Virus record (IMG/VR): IMGVR_UViG_3300029156_000004 | Span: 1 to 42,479 of that record | Reading direction: 5' to 3' (one strand) | Length of the DNA: 42,479 nucleotides | From: a virus | Taxonomy: Duplodnaviria; Caudoviricetes | In this document: piece by piece, positions 1 to 9,258 of the stretch | Numbering within the stretch: position 1 is the first letter of the stretch | Layout: each line of letters opens with the position of its first letter | The notes under the pieces: model-generated | Told to the model about the DNA's origin: nothing | Database searches by the model: none | What the model saw: the letters and a program-made list of their open reading frames with translations, nothing else | Translations under genes and position numbers: made by a program

Positions 1-17
1 GTTTCCCAGTCACGATC
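1..17 (+). other. Random-amplification (SISPA-type) primer tag, technical sequence
   Basis: GTTTCCCAGTCACGATC is the known primer A/B tag; its reverse complement is at 42463-42479. Confidence 0.9.
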
Positions 18-61
18 CAGGGGCGTGACCGATACCTGCGCTAGTGAAGTAGATAATCAAA

Positions 62-1729
62 ATGCTTAAATTAAGAGATTGCCAAGAGAGCGCAATACAA
101 TCGGTATTGTCGGATTTCCAAAAACCATGCAGCGTACTTGGCGTTGCAGCGACCGGTTATGGGAAAACGATAATAACTTTGGAACTAGCCCAACGCATCC
201 TCGACCAGTCGCCTGAACACCGCGTGCTATTCCTGGCCCACCGGCGGGCGCTCATTCAACAGCCACTTGAACGAGTGGGTCAGTTCTGGCCCAACCTCGT
301 TGCCAAAACAGGTATCGTGATGGCCGACCAGGATCAATATGCCAAGCGCCTAATAGTAGCCAGCGTGCAGACGCTCGCTAACCCAAAGCGATTGTCAAAG
401 ATTTTGAGTCATGCGCCAATCACGCATGTGATTATAGATGAGGCTCACCGTGCGGCGGCAGGCACGTATACGGGCATCGTGGACACATGTAGGCGATTCC
501 ATCCCGATTTACGACTCCTCGGCGTCACAGCCACGCCAGAGCGCGCAGACGGTAAGCTAGCAGATGTCTTCGAGAAGGAATCTTTCGTATACGGCACGAA
601 AGAGTTAATCGCTCTCGGCCACTTGGTTAAGCCAGAAATCCGCGGCATCATGACAAGCATTAGCGTGGCCGACGTGCGCGTTGACGGATCTGGCTCAGGT
701 CGTGATTACAACTCGAAGGGGCTGGCAAAGGTTTTCGAGACTGATAACTGCTTCGAGTTAGTGGTTGAATCTCACAAGGAGTATGCAAGCGGTCGCCCGG
801 GGATTGCCTTCACCACGAGCGTGGCCGGCGCATACAGACTGGCCGAACTATTCAATGAGTCTGGCATACCCGCCATCGCCCTGGACGGCACAACGAAGGA
901 GATTGATAGAGAGTCTGCGCTAGAGCGTGTAAAATCAGGCGAAATCCTCATGATATGCAACGCGCAACTGTATAATGAGGGCTTCGATCTACCTCTGTTG
1001 GAAGTTGCCCACCTTGTCCGACCCTACCGCCAGGATGGTCCGTGGATACAGTGCGCTGGTCGCGTGTTGCGCCGGTCCCCAGAGACGGGGAAAGTGGGCG
1101 CTCTGATTCTCGACTACCTACCAGAAGAACGCACGCTAGAGCTATCGCTGCACAAGCGAGCAGCGCGCGTGGGGCAGGATACTGTTTCAAAATCCAAGCG
1201 CGGTGATGGCGACGGTACCGGTGAAAATCCATTCATGGTGCCTATCGAGATAGCTGGCACGGGAAATGGACTTGAATATGTCTTACTTGATTATTTCAAT
1301 CTAGGCAAAGGCAAAGATACAGCTTGGTCGGAATCCGACAGCGGTTGGCGCATTATCGGCCTGGGCAAGGGTGATGATGGTATCCAGAGATCGCTAGCTG
1401 TTTCCCCCGCCTCCGAGCAGATGTCGCTGTGGGCCATCTGGAAGCGCCCGGGCGACCGTTGGAATCAAGCGGCCATGATTGAATCAGGCGATTGTGATAA
1501 TGTTCTGGCATGCAGCGAAGAGCTAATCAAAAAGCATGGCGCAAAGGCGTTGACGGGGAAGGCTGCGCATTGGCGTAGTAAGCCGCCCACCGTAGGAGCG
1601 CAGAATTTTGGACGTAAGTTAAGCGTATTTTCTGATGGCATGACAGGTGGCGAGTTATCGGACGCCATCAATGAAAAATTAGCAATGCAAGCATTGAGTC
1701 GAGCGTGCGCAGGGATGGCGCGGGCTTGA
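62..1729 (+). CDS. Superfamily 2 DEAD/DEAH-box helicase (Res III/YejH-like)
   Basis: Q motif LRDCQ, Walker A ATGYGKT, DEAH, TAT, EGFD, motif VI QCAGRVLR. Confidence 0.93.
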   Translation: MLKLRDCQESAIQSVLSDFQKPCSVLGVAATGYGKTIITLELAQRILDQSPEHRVLFLAHRRALIQQPLERVGQFWPNLVAKTGIVMADQDQYAKRLIVASVQTLANPKRLSKILSHAPITHVIIDEAHRAAAGTYTGIVDTCRRFHPDLRLLGVTATPERADGKLADVFEKESFVYGTKELIALGHLVKPEIRGIMTSISVADVRVDGSGSGRDYNSKGLAKVFETDNCFELVVESHKEYASGRPGIAFTTSVAGAYRLAELFNESGIPAIALDGTTKEIDRESALERVKSGEILMICNAQLYNEGFDLPLLEVAHLVRPYRQDGPWIQCAGRVLRRSPETGKVGALILDYLPEERTLELSLHKRAARVGQDTVSKSKRGDGDGTGENPFMVPIEIAGTGNGLEYVLLDYFNLGKGKDTAWSESDSGWRIIGLGKGDDGIQRSLAVSPASEQMSLWAIWKRPGDRWNQAAMIESGDCDNVLACSEELIKKHGAKALTGKAAHWRSKPPTVGAQNFGRKLSVFSDGMTGGELSDAINEKLAMQALSRACAGMARA

Positions 1730-1751
1730 ATGGTACGGAATGGAGTGAATT

Positions 1752-2435
1752 ATGATGCAATTATTAATAGATCCCGCAGCCCGACCAACCGTCAGACATC
1801 CGGCTAAATACACGGATGCGTTGCTGCCCACAATGGCAAGAATGTTATCCGGCAGTTGCCGGATACTCGATCCGTTCGGGGGGACTGGCAAGGTCTTCTT
1901 GCTGAAAAAATGGCTACACTTGGCCCAAATTGAAGCTATCGAAATCGAGCCAGAATGGGCGGCGATGCATCCAAAGACCATGCTCGGAAATGCGCTAGCA
2001 TTGCCGTGGCACAATAATTATTTCGATGCGATTGTAACCAGCCCGACCTACGCAAATCGCATGGCCGACTCGCATGTAGCCAGAGATGCCAGCCGCCGGA
2101 ATACCTACACGCACGCCATCGGGCACAAGCTGCATCCCGAAAACAGCGGACATATGCAATGGGGAACTGAATACAAAGAGTTCCATATAGCGGCATGGAA
2201 AGAAGCGCGGCGTGTTCTGTGTGACAATGGTGTATTCATTCTTAATATCAAGGACCACATACGGGACAGCCAGAGAATTGAAGTAACTGATTTTCACATC
2301 AACACCTTGCTGAATTTAGGATTTCGTTTTGTTGTTGAGGTAAAAATAGACTGCCCCGGTAATGGCTACGGACAGAATGGGAACGTGCGAATTCCATACG
2401 AATCCGTAATAAAATTTGAAAAGAGCAGCCTGTGA
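1752..2435 (+). CDS. DNA amino-methyltransferase (N4C/N6A type)
   Basis: HPAKY, motif I LDPFGGTG, variant motif IV TSPTY. Confidence 0.8.
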   Translation: MMQLLIDPAARPTVRHPAKYTDALLPTMARMLSGSCRILDPFGGTGKVFLLKKWLHLAQIEAIEIEPEWAAMHPKTMLGNALALPWHNNYFDAIVTSPTYANRMADSHVARDASRRNTYTHAIGHKLHPENSGHMQWGTEYKEFHIAAWKEARRVLCDNGVFILNIKDHIRDSQRIEVTDFHINTLLNLGFRFVVEVKIDCPGNGYGQNGNVRIPYESVIKFEKSSL

Positions 2436-3091
2436 AATTATTAGATTTATTCTGTTGCCAAGGCGGCGCTGCGTCAGGCTACGAGATGGCTGGCTTCACA
2501 GAGATTGTCGGTGTCGATATTGAGCCACAGCCACGGTATCCGTACACATTCGTGCAAGGCGACGCTCTGGAATACGTGGCGGCGCACGGCCATGAATTCG
2601 ACCTGATACATGCCTCACCACCATGTCAGGCGTACAGCACCACAAAATCACTACATAGCAACGTACACCCTGACCTAGTGGAGCCAACACGCGTGGCGCT
2701 GATAACGACCGGCAGACCATACGTGATTGAAAATGTAGTCGGCGCGCCGCTGCTCAACTACATTAAGTTGACTGGCCTAATGTTCGGATTGAAAGTTTTT
2801 CGAGAGCGATGGTTCGAGACCAGCGTCATGTTGTTAGCCCCGCCAAAGCCGAAACGCAAAAAGTGGATGACCACCAACTCACAGCACGGGAGAGGCATAT
2901 CGTCATTCGCCAATGGCGCTACACACATCGCTGTGACGGGGCATAATTTCTGCGTCGAAGACGCCAAAACAGCGATGAAGATCGACTGGATGAATCAGCA
3001 CGGGTTATCCCAAGCCATACCGCCTGCATACACGAAATACATTGGCGAGAATATGATTATGGCGTGTGAGCTAAGATATATAGGTGAATAA
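2432..3091 (+). CDS. DNA (cytosine-5) methyltransferase, short phage type
   Basis: LDLFCCQGG, catalytic ASPPCQ, IENV, RERWFE, C-terminal QAIPPAY. Confidence 0.9.
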   Translation: MKLLDLFCCQGGAASGYEMAGFTEIVGVDIEPQPRYPYTFVQGDALEYVAAHGHEFDLIHASPPCQAYSTTKSLHSNVHPDLVEPTRVALITTGRPYVIENVVGAPLLNYIKLTGLMFGLKVFRERWFETSVMLLAPPKPKRKKWMTTNSQHGRGISSFANGATHIAVTGHNFCVEDAKTAMKIDWMNQHGLSQAIPPAYTKYIGENMIMACELRYIGE

Positions 3092-3093
3092 TA

Positions 3094-3636
3094 ATGAAAT
3101 CATCAGTTAGTAAAACAGAAATTCTATCCGCCATGCGCGGTATGTACGAGAAGGGCATCCTCCCGAATCGGCGCAATTGGTCGAAGAAGCGGCCGCGAAA
3201 TCTTCCGAGCGACCGCATTATTGCGGTCATTTTCGGCGGCATTGATTGGGCGGAAATTGTAGCGCAGGCCGTCAATGTCGAAATTAAATGTAGATCGTCT
3301 TGGGCGCTCAATACAATCGCGGCACGCCGGAATTTAGTACTGCTGGTGATAGGGCGCATCACCGCGGAAATAAAAGCGCGCGTCACGGTCGAGGATTGGG
3401 ACGCCTACCGTCCAGAATACATCCCAAAGGCGCGCGTGGTGACTGGTCTATTCAATGAATCGTGGGACCAATTTAGCGAGCGGATATGGGAAGAGTTCGT
3501 TTTTGCCGACGACCATTTACCAGATAAGCGCGAAGTGTGGCCCGACTCATTGCGAGTCGGAAAAGAGACAGAGAAGCTAATTTGGCACACGCAGCGCTAT
3601 TGTAGAGTGCGTGTTGTTGCGCAATTAGTGATTTAG
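3094..3636 (+). CDS. Hypothetical protein
   Basis: 180-aa ORF tightly packed in the operon; no recognised motif. Confidence 0.7.
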   Translation: MKSSVSKTEILSAMRGMYEKGILPNRRNWSKKRPRNLPSDRIIAVIFGGIDWAEIVAQAVNVEIKCRSSWALNTIAARRNLVLLVIGRITAEIKARVTVEDWDAYRPEYIPKARVVTGLFNESWDQFSERIWEEFVFADDHLPDKREVWPDSLRVGKETEKLIWHTQRYCRVRVVAQLVI

Positions 3637-3647
3637 GGGATTATTCC

Positions 3648-4811
3648 ATGAGTTACAAACTAATCAACGATGATTGCATGAGCGCAATGATCCAGATGCC
3701 TGATAATTCCGTCGATTCTATCATTACCGATCCACCATACGAAATTGGCTTAATGAATAGGAAATGGGATAGCAGCGGCATCGCGTTTAGTGCCGAGATG
3801 TGGGGAGAATGCCTGCGCGTTGCGAAACCAGGGACAATCCTCTTGTCATTTGGCGGTGCAAAAACCTTCCATCGACTATTTTGCGCCATTGAAGATGCGG
3901 GGTGGGTATTGCAAAATTCAATGTTCTGGGCCTATGGTGAGGGTATGCCAAAAGGCATAGGCAATATCGGCAAGGCAAATGATATGCCAGACTTTGACGG
4001 ATTCTCAACAGGTATTAAACCGTGCGTGGAGCCAATCTGCGTTGCAATGGCCCCGATAGATGGTACGTTTGCTCAGAACGCCGAAAGGTGGAGTGTGGCT
4101 GGGTATAATGTAGATGCGTGTAGAATCCCGCGTCACTCTGCAAATCTATCGCGTCTGAACAGCGACGGCGATAACGGCTGGGCAAACGCAAGTGGCGGAT
4201 CGAATAACGCTGCGTTGCGCGCGAGTGAGGGGTTGCCACCGCTAGGTGGATGGCCTAGCAATCTAGTAGCGGACGAATCGGCTGCCGCAGCAATAGATAT
4301 GCAGAGCGGCTATGCCGGTAGTGGCGCATCTCGCTATTTTAATGTCTTGCACGATACCGACGAAATTCTGTTTTGCTCCAAGCCAACGCGGGCCGAGAAA
4401 GAGATCGGGCTTGATCACATGTCGGAAGTAGCCATTGGCGATGGGCGAAAAAAAGCGATTGACAACGGCTACCAACGCGGCAAAACGCTGCGCAAGAACC
4501 CTCATGAATCAGTCAAGCCGCTTAAAATAATGCTTCATTTATGCAAGCTAACACGCCCTCCGGCTGGGGGTGTTGTTTTTGACCCGTTCGCTGGTAGCGG
4601 CACAACTGGTGTTGCCGCGGCACTATCTGGCCGCGACTTCATTGGCGTTGACATGCGAGAGACTTGCATAGATGTAGCCCGCGCCCGCATCGCCTACGCT
4701 GAACGCTACCTTCGAAGGCAGGGGCTAGAGGAAAGCACGGTCGCCGCAATGATGGATCATCAAGTAGAAGCTCTCCAGATGAGCATATTCGACCTGGAGA
4801 CAAGCCGATGA
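3648..4811 (+). CDS. DNA methyltransferase, N6_N4 family (beta order)
   Basis: ITDPPY near the N-terminus, HESVKP and DPFAGSGTT near the C-terminus. Confidence 0.92.
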   Translation: MSYKLINDDCMSAMIQMPDNSVDSIITDPPYEIGLMNRKWDSSGIAFSAEMWGECLRVAKPGTILLSFGGAKTFHRLFCAIEDAGWVLQNSMFWAYGEGMPKGIGNIGKANDMPDFDGFSTGIKPCVEPICVAMAPIDGTFAQNAERWSVAGYNVDACRIPRHSANLSRLNSDGDNGWANASGGSNNAALRASEGLPPLGGWPSNLVADESAAAAIDMQSGYAGSGASRYFNVLHDTDEILFCSKPTRAEKEIGLDHMSEVAIGDGRKKAIDNGYQRGKTLRKNPHESVKPLKIMLHLCKLTRPPAGGVVFDPFAGSGTTGVAAALSGRDFIGVDMRETCIDVARARIAYAERYLRRQGLEESTVAAMMDHQVEALQMSIFDLETSR

Positions 4812-5769
4812 GCCAATACAAGCCATTATTCCCTGGTTTGGCGGAAAGTCAAAGGCTTCTCATCTGGTTTGGCCGCGATTTGAAAACATTACAAACTACG
4901 TCGAGCCGTTTTTCGGAAGTGGATCCGTTTTGTTCAAGCGCCCCCATGCGCCAAAAACAGAAACGGTAAATGATCTTGACGGATACGTTTCCAACTTCTG
5001 GCGCGCTGTTCAGTCAGACCCCGAGAGTGTAGCTGATTGGACCGATTGGCCCGTAAACGAACTGGATTTGCACGCTCGTCACCGATGGCTTGTTGACCGT
5101 AAGGCGGGATTTACGGAACAACTCCGCGCCGATCCAGATTTCTATGATTCAAAAGTGGCTGGATGGTGGGTATGGGGTATCTGCCAGTGGATAGGTAGCG
5201 GCTGGTGCGCAGAAGGAAAAGCCAGCCGCAAACGACCGCATCTTGGCAACGCAGGCAAGGGCGTTCATCGACCGAGTGAACAACGACCGCATCTTGGCAA
5301 CGCAGGCACTGGCGTTCATCGACCCGATAATACACGCGCGCTAATCCAGATTTTCGCGCGTCGGCTGCGCAATGTACGCGTCTGCTGTGGCGATTGGGAG
5401 AGAGTGTGTGGACCATCAGCCACGCACAAGCACGGGCTAACCGGCGTGTTTTTGGACCCGCCATACACCACAGGCGCAAACCGTGATATGAATCTATATG
5501 TGGAAGATAGCGGGGACGTTGGCCACGCAGTCACCGAGTGGGCAATCAAACAGGGTGATAATCCAAAAATGAGAATAGCCGTCTGCGGCTACGAGGGAGA
5601 ATATGAGTATCCTGATTCTTGGGAATGCGTGGCCTGGAAAACAACTGGTGGGTACGGCTCTCAGTCAAGCCAACATGATAATGAAAATGCCAAGCGCGAG
5701 CGCATATGGTTCTCGCCCCATTGCCTAAAACCATCAGTAAAACGAAGTCTTTTTGAGAGTGCAATATGA
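4808..5769 (+). CDS. Dam-like (D12 class) DNA adenine methyltransferase with an apparent frameshift near 4830
   Basis: PWFGGKS, YVEPFFGSG, VNDLD, FLDPPY. ATG at 4808 (GGAG RBS, ATGA overlap) is out of frame with PWFGGKS by one base at TTCCC-TGG. Confidence 0.85.
5231..5324 (+). repeat. 51-bp-period tandem duplication encoding RPHLGNAGxGVHRP twice
   Basis: aacgaccgcatcttggcaacgcaggca..ggcgttcatcgacc at 5231 and 5282. Confidence 0.95.
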
Positions 5770-6275
5770 GCCAATACGAAATATACGGCATCCCCGTAAC
5801 CCAGGACGTATACGAGGAGAGCATGTCGCGCTTTGGTAGCCAATACGACCAAAAACTTACCGCCAGTTCACCAAAAAAGCTACAGCCGTCCGCTTACGAG
5901 TTAAAGGATTTAGAACTCAAATTCTACACGGCGTGGTGCCTGCTCCACGCTGACGAACCACTAGAGATACAAATGACAGGACTAGTCCCAGATCGAAAAT
6001 TCGTAGTGGATTTTTATCATGTGGCCAGCCGCGTCGCTATTGAAATACAGGGCGGCACGTCGCAGAGACCAGTCAAAATTAATGGCAAGTGGATGATACC
6101 CGTCAGTGGCCACAATTCGATGGCGGGTATCAATCGCGACTGTGAGAAGATGCTGCTAGCGGCAACGCACGGAATTATCACATTGTGTGTCACAGAATTC
6201 ATGTTACGTGATGCAAACATAACATTTACCATCGACCAGATTTGGCGGGTGGTGAAGGGGAGAACGAAGGCATGA
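5766..6275 (+). CDS. PD-(D/E)XK / Vsr-DUF559-like endonuclease
   Basis: RKFVVDF...VAIEIQGG...GH...GINRDCEK pattern typical of phage Vsr-like nucleases. Confidence 0.8.
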   Translation: MSQYEIYGIPVTQDVYEESMSRFGSQYDQKLTASSPKKLQPSAYELKDLELKFYTAWCLLHADEPLEIQMTGLVPDRKFVVDFYHVASRVAIEIQGGTSQRPVKINGKWMIPVSGHNSMAGINRDCEKMLLAATHGIITLCVTEFMLRDANITFTIDQIWRVVKGRTKA

Positions 6276-6418
6276 CCTACTACGAACGAAAAGCGCGCGC
6301 GTATGCCGAAGGGTACTTGGGCGAACTAGACCTAGCACATTGGGAGGAAGCCGTGCAGGAGTTGGCCACCGATGGTATCCGGTTGAATGATGTTGAGGTA
6401 AAGGAGGCGATTAGATGA
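6272..6418 (+). CDS. Small hypothetical protein (48 aa, MTYYERKARAYAEG...)
   Basis: ATGA overlaps with both neighbouring genes. Confidence 0.65.
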   Translation: MTYYERKARAYAEGYLGELDLAHWEEAVQELATDGIRLNDVEVKEAIR

Positions 6419-6711
6419 TAACAGTCGAGCATCGCAACGAAAGGATTTTTGCTCTACAGGTCGGGACCGACTTTGTGGATCACTACGATGTTGATTGGGA
6501 CCGTACTGGAGTGGGGCTGCTCACGTATGTGGGCGGTGGGCCAGTACCAGCAGAGCGGAAAGGGGAAGTGTCAGAAATTTCAAACCTGGAGCAATTCATA
6601 GACCATTACGGACTCATCGAGGTAGACAGAACAGAGTGGTGCGAAACGTGTAAGGAATTCTACGCCAATGACGAAATCGGACAATGCGGTCATCCACGAG
6701 AAGAGGATTGA
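6415..6711 (+). CDS. Hypothetical protein with C-terminal CxxC...C.H motif
   Basis: AGGAGG RBS; 98-aa ORF. Confidence 0.7.
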   Translation: MITVEHRNERIFALQVGTDFVDHYDVDWDRTGVGLLTYVGGGPVPAERKGEVSEISNLEQFIDHYGLIEVDRTEWCETCKEFYANDEIGQCGHPREED

Positions 6712-6760
6712 TATGACCTATTTGAGATTTTTGGATGCGAAGATAGGGGGCTAGCGTAGG

Positions 6761-6789
6761 TTGAAAAACCCAACGAATGATGGTATAAT
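6761..6789 (+). promoter_or_regulatory. Sigma70-type promoter
   Basis: TTGAAA-17 bp-TATAAT with extended -10 TG. Confidence 0.8.
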
Positions 6790-6795
6790 CTAGGG

Positions 6796-6957
6796 GCTTA
6801 GACACACGTGATAGGGGCGTATTTTATTTTACGCACCTTGCACAAACACATATTTAGCCTTGTCCGTTTGTGGACAAAGCGCCCTTTGCTACGTGGTCGC
6901 CTTGTGCGTCCCGTCGTGTGTCTAAGCAACTATCGGCAACGTAGCAAAGGGCGTTTT
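6796..6957 (+). promoter_or_regulatory. Structured 5' leader, putative transcription attenuator
   Basis: 13-bp pairing 6796-6808/6915-6927 interleaved with a 15-bp stem 6880-6894/6939-6953 followed by TTTT. Confidence 0.7.
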
Positions 6958-6980
6958 GCGTTTATCGAAGGGTAGTTGTT

Positions 6981-7678
6981 ATGGCACAAACGCCAGAGGG
7001 AGCAGTGAAGATAGCCGCCAAGAAAGCAGGGTTAACGGTTGAAGAGTATCGGGCGCGATTGGATGATGGACTCAAGAAGTGTACCAAGTGCAAGGAGTGG
7101 CGTGGCACTGGCGAATTTAACAAGGACTCTTCAAGATGGGACAACCTATCGCCATCTTGCCATAATTGCATTAGGGTGAATGATCCATATGCCACCGCCA
7201 GAGGGAGACCATCTACATTTAAGGGCAAAAAACACACGCCAGAATCACGCGCAAATATGCGTAGGGCGCACAAGGGCAAGCCATCCCCCATGGATGGGAA
7301 AAGACACACGCTCGAATCCCGCAGAAAGATGAGCGAGTCAGCAAAAAAGCGCGGAATAAAAGGTCCAAAGCACCCACGTTATCAGCATGGTGGATTCCAA
7401 GTTAAGCATGATCTACGCCGTAGTTCTGAATATAAGTGGTGGCGCATTCAAGTCTTTGAAAGGGATAGCTATACTTGCCAAAAGTGCGGAGACTCCAGTG
7501 GTGGCAACCTTCGCGCCCTACGCATATCAAATCTTTTGCGGAGTACCCCGAATCAAGATTCGATGTTGATAACGGGCTTACACTGTGTCACCCATGTCAT
7601 GAGTTAGAGCATTTTAAGCCGGATAGTCTGCGCAACCAACAAAAGTTGAAGCGCGGGCAGAAGTTGATAAAGGAGTAG
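6981..7678 (+). pseudogene. NUMOD3-containing HNH endonuclease, frameshifted near 7518
   Basis: CTKC/CHNC zinc knuckle, two KHTxESR (NUMOD3) motifs, [10 protein letters not shown] in one frame and [26 protein letters not shown] in another. Confidence 0.8.
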
Positions 7679-7682
7679 TATT

Positions 7683-8549
7683 ATGGGTATACATACATAT
7701 ATTGAATGGGCAGATTCTTCATGCAACGGGCAAATGGGCTGCGACGGTTGCGAACTGTGGAGTAAAAAAGTGCGCAACTGCTACGCGGGGAATATGACGG
7801 CACGACACGCAGGCCGCAACGGCTGGCCAGCCTCGTTCGACCAACCAACGATGTTTCCGCACCGATTAGAGCAGGCCGTCAAATGGCCCGATCTAGCCGG
7901 CAAAGACCGCCAGGATAAGCCGTGGCTCAGCGGCCTACCGCGGCATATATTCTTAGACGACATGGGCGATACCTTCACGGAGTCGTTGCCAGTTGACTGG
8001 CTCATGCCACACATAAAACTTATGGAGCAATCACCGCATGTGTGGATGTTCCTCACGAAGCGGCCAAAGCGAATGTTGGCGTTTTTCGAGGCTTTGGGAT
8101 ACGTTCCGAAAAACTTTTTTCTTGGAACAACGGTAACAACGCAGCGCACGGCGGATGTGCGCTTGAAATACCTGACCGCCATTGCAGATATTGATTCCTC
8201 TGTGCGATTGTGGATTAGTGCAGAGCCGCTATTGGAACCTGTAGCCCTTGGCCCGTGGCTCTGGAATGAGGATAGCCAGCTTATTGATTTGGTAATCATA
8301 GGCGGTGAATCCGGCCAGAACGCGCGCCCGATGGAGCAGCGATGGGCCAGGGGAATAATAGCGGAATGCCAAGAATCATTTGTTCCGGCCTTCGTGAAAC
8401 AGATGGGGGGTCAAAAGGATAAGGGCGGAGACATGTCGAAGTGGCCCGTTGACTTGCGCATACGTGAGTTCCCACGCAACGCGCCAATAGCCCAGCCTAG
8501 CGTTCAGCAAACATTATTCGAGATGACAGACAGGAGAGTGTACGCATGA
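7683..8549 (+). CDS. Phage Gp37/Gp68 family protein (DUF5131, radical-SAM-like)
   Basis: IEWAD, GC..C..CYA, DMGDTF, FLTKRP, SAEPLLEP, IIGGESG, FVKQMG. Confidence 0.92.
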   Translation: MGIHTYIEWADSSCNGQMGCDGCELWSKKVRNCYAGNMTARHAGRNGWPASFDQPTMFPHRLEQAVKWPDLAGKDRQDKPWLSGLPRHIFLDDMGDTFTESLPVDWLMPHIKLMEQSPHVWMFLTKRPKRMLAFFEALGYVPKNFFLGTTVTTQRTADVRLKYLTAIADIDSSVRLWISAEPLLEPVALGPWLWNEDSQLIDLVIIGGESGQNARPMEQRWARGIIAECQESFVPAFVKQMGGQKDKGGDMSKWPVDLRIREFPRNAPIAQPSVQQTLFEMTDRRVYA

Positions 8550-9040
8550 TGACCACGCAAGATGAATTAAAACGCTATCACGAAATGGTGTGGCGTTACC
8601 GTGCCGAATTGGAAGAAACATGGCCTACGCCTACCGTACTAGACAGCTTGAGGTTTGCGGTCTGCGAAGCGTGCGAGGCAATGGACGCGAAACTGCGGGA
8701 GAACGCCTTGTATTCTAGAAACAATGAAAAGAACTTATCGACAGTCGATGAGTTGGCCGATTGCATCATGATGGTGATGACGGCAATCGGGCCCCCCAGT
8801 GAGGATATAGATTGGCAAAGGCCGCGCCCTTATACCTGGACAGATGACCACCGCATAGATAGGATTATAAGTTTATGTGGAGAGACGGTTATTTTTTATG
8901 TCGAAGGAGCCGACATAAAAAGGCTATGTGCGGCCATTTGCTATATGGTAGAGGATTACGTTCGCGGGGAGCATGAGAGCCTTTACGCTAGATTAGAATC
9001 GCGACTTGACCACATCAAGTCCAAAGGAGCCAGCCGATGA
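8546..9040 (+). CDS. MazG-like / all-alpha NTP pyrophosphohydrolase-like protein
   Basis: EACEAMD...DELADC acidic motifs. Confidence 0.6.
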   Translation: MMTTQDELKRYHEMVWRYRAELEETWPTPTVLDSLRFAVCEACEAMDAKLRENALYSRNNEKNLSTVDELADCIMMVMTAIGPPSEDIDWQRPRPYTWTDDHRIDRIISLCGETVIFYVEGADIKRLCAAICYMVEDYVRGEHESLYARLESRLDHIKSKGASR

Positions 9041-9177
9041 ACCAAAAGACAATTACAAAACGAGACGGCAGCAACGTAGCGTTTGACCCAGCCAAAATAG
9101 AGGCGGCAATTGAAAAATGCTTTGCCTCATTGGCGGCGCAGGAGTTGGCTTGTTTTGCGGGGTCTTGTGACATTTGA
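9037..9177 (+). CDS. Truncated ATP-cone domain (46 aa)
   Basis: ITKRDGSNVAFDPAKIEAAIEKCF matches the ATP-cone N-terminus; AGGAG RBS and ATGA overlap. Confidence 0.75.
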   Translation: MNQKTITKRDGSNVAFDPAKIEAAIEKCFASLAAQELACFAGSCDI

Positions 9178-9192
9178 TTCCTGATCGCAAAG

Positions 9193-9221
9193 GCGGTATG
9201 CGTATATTACCCGCATACCGC
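9193..9221. terminator. Hairpin between the convergent arms, likely bidirectional terminator
   Basis: gcggtatgcg / cgcataccgc 10-bp stem. Confidence 0.7.
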
Positions 9222-9258
9222 TAGGTCTAAAAGTTGCGCCCCTCGGTCGTAGAGATCT

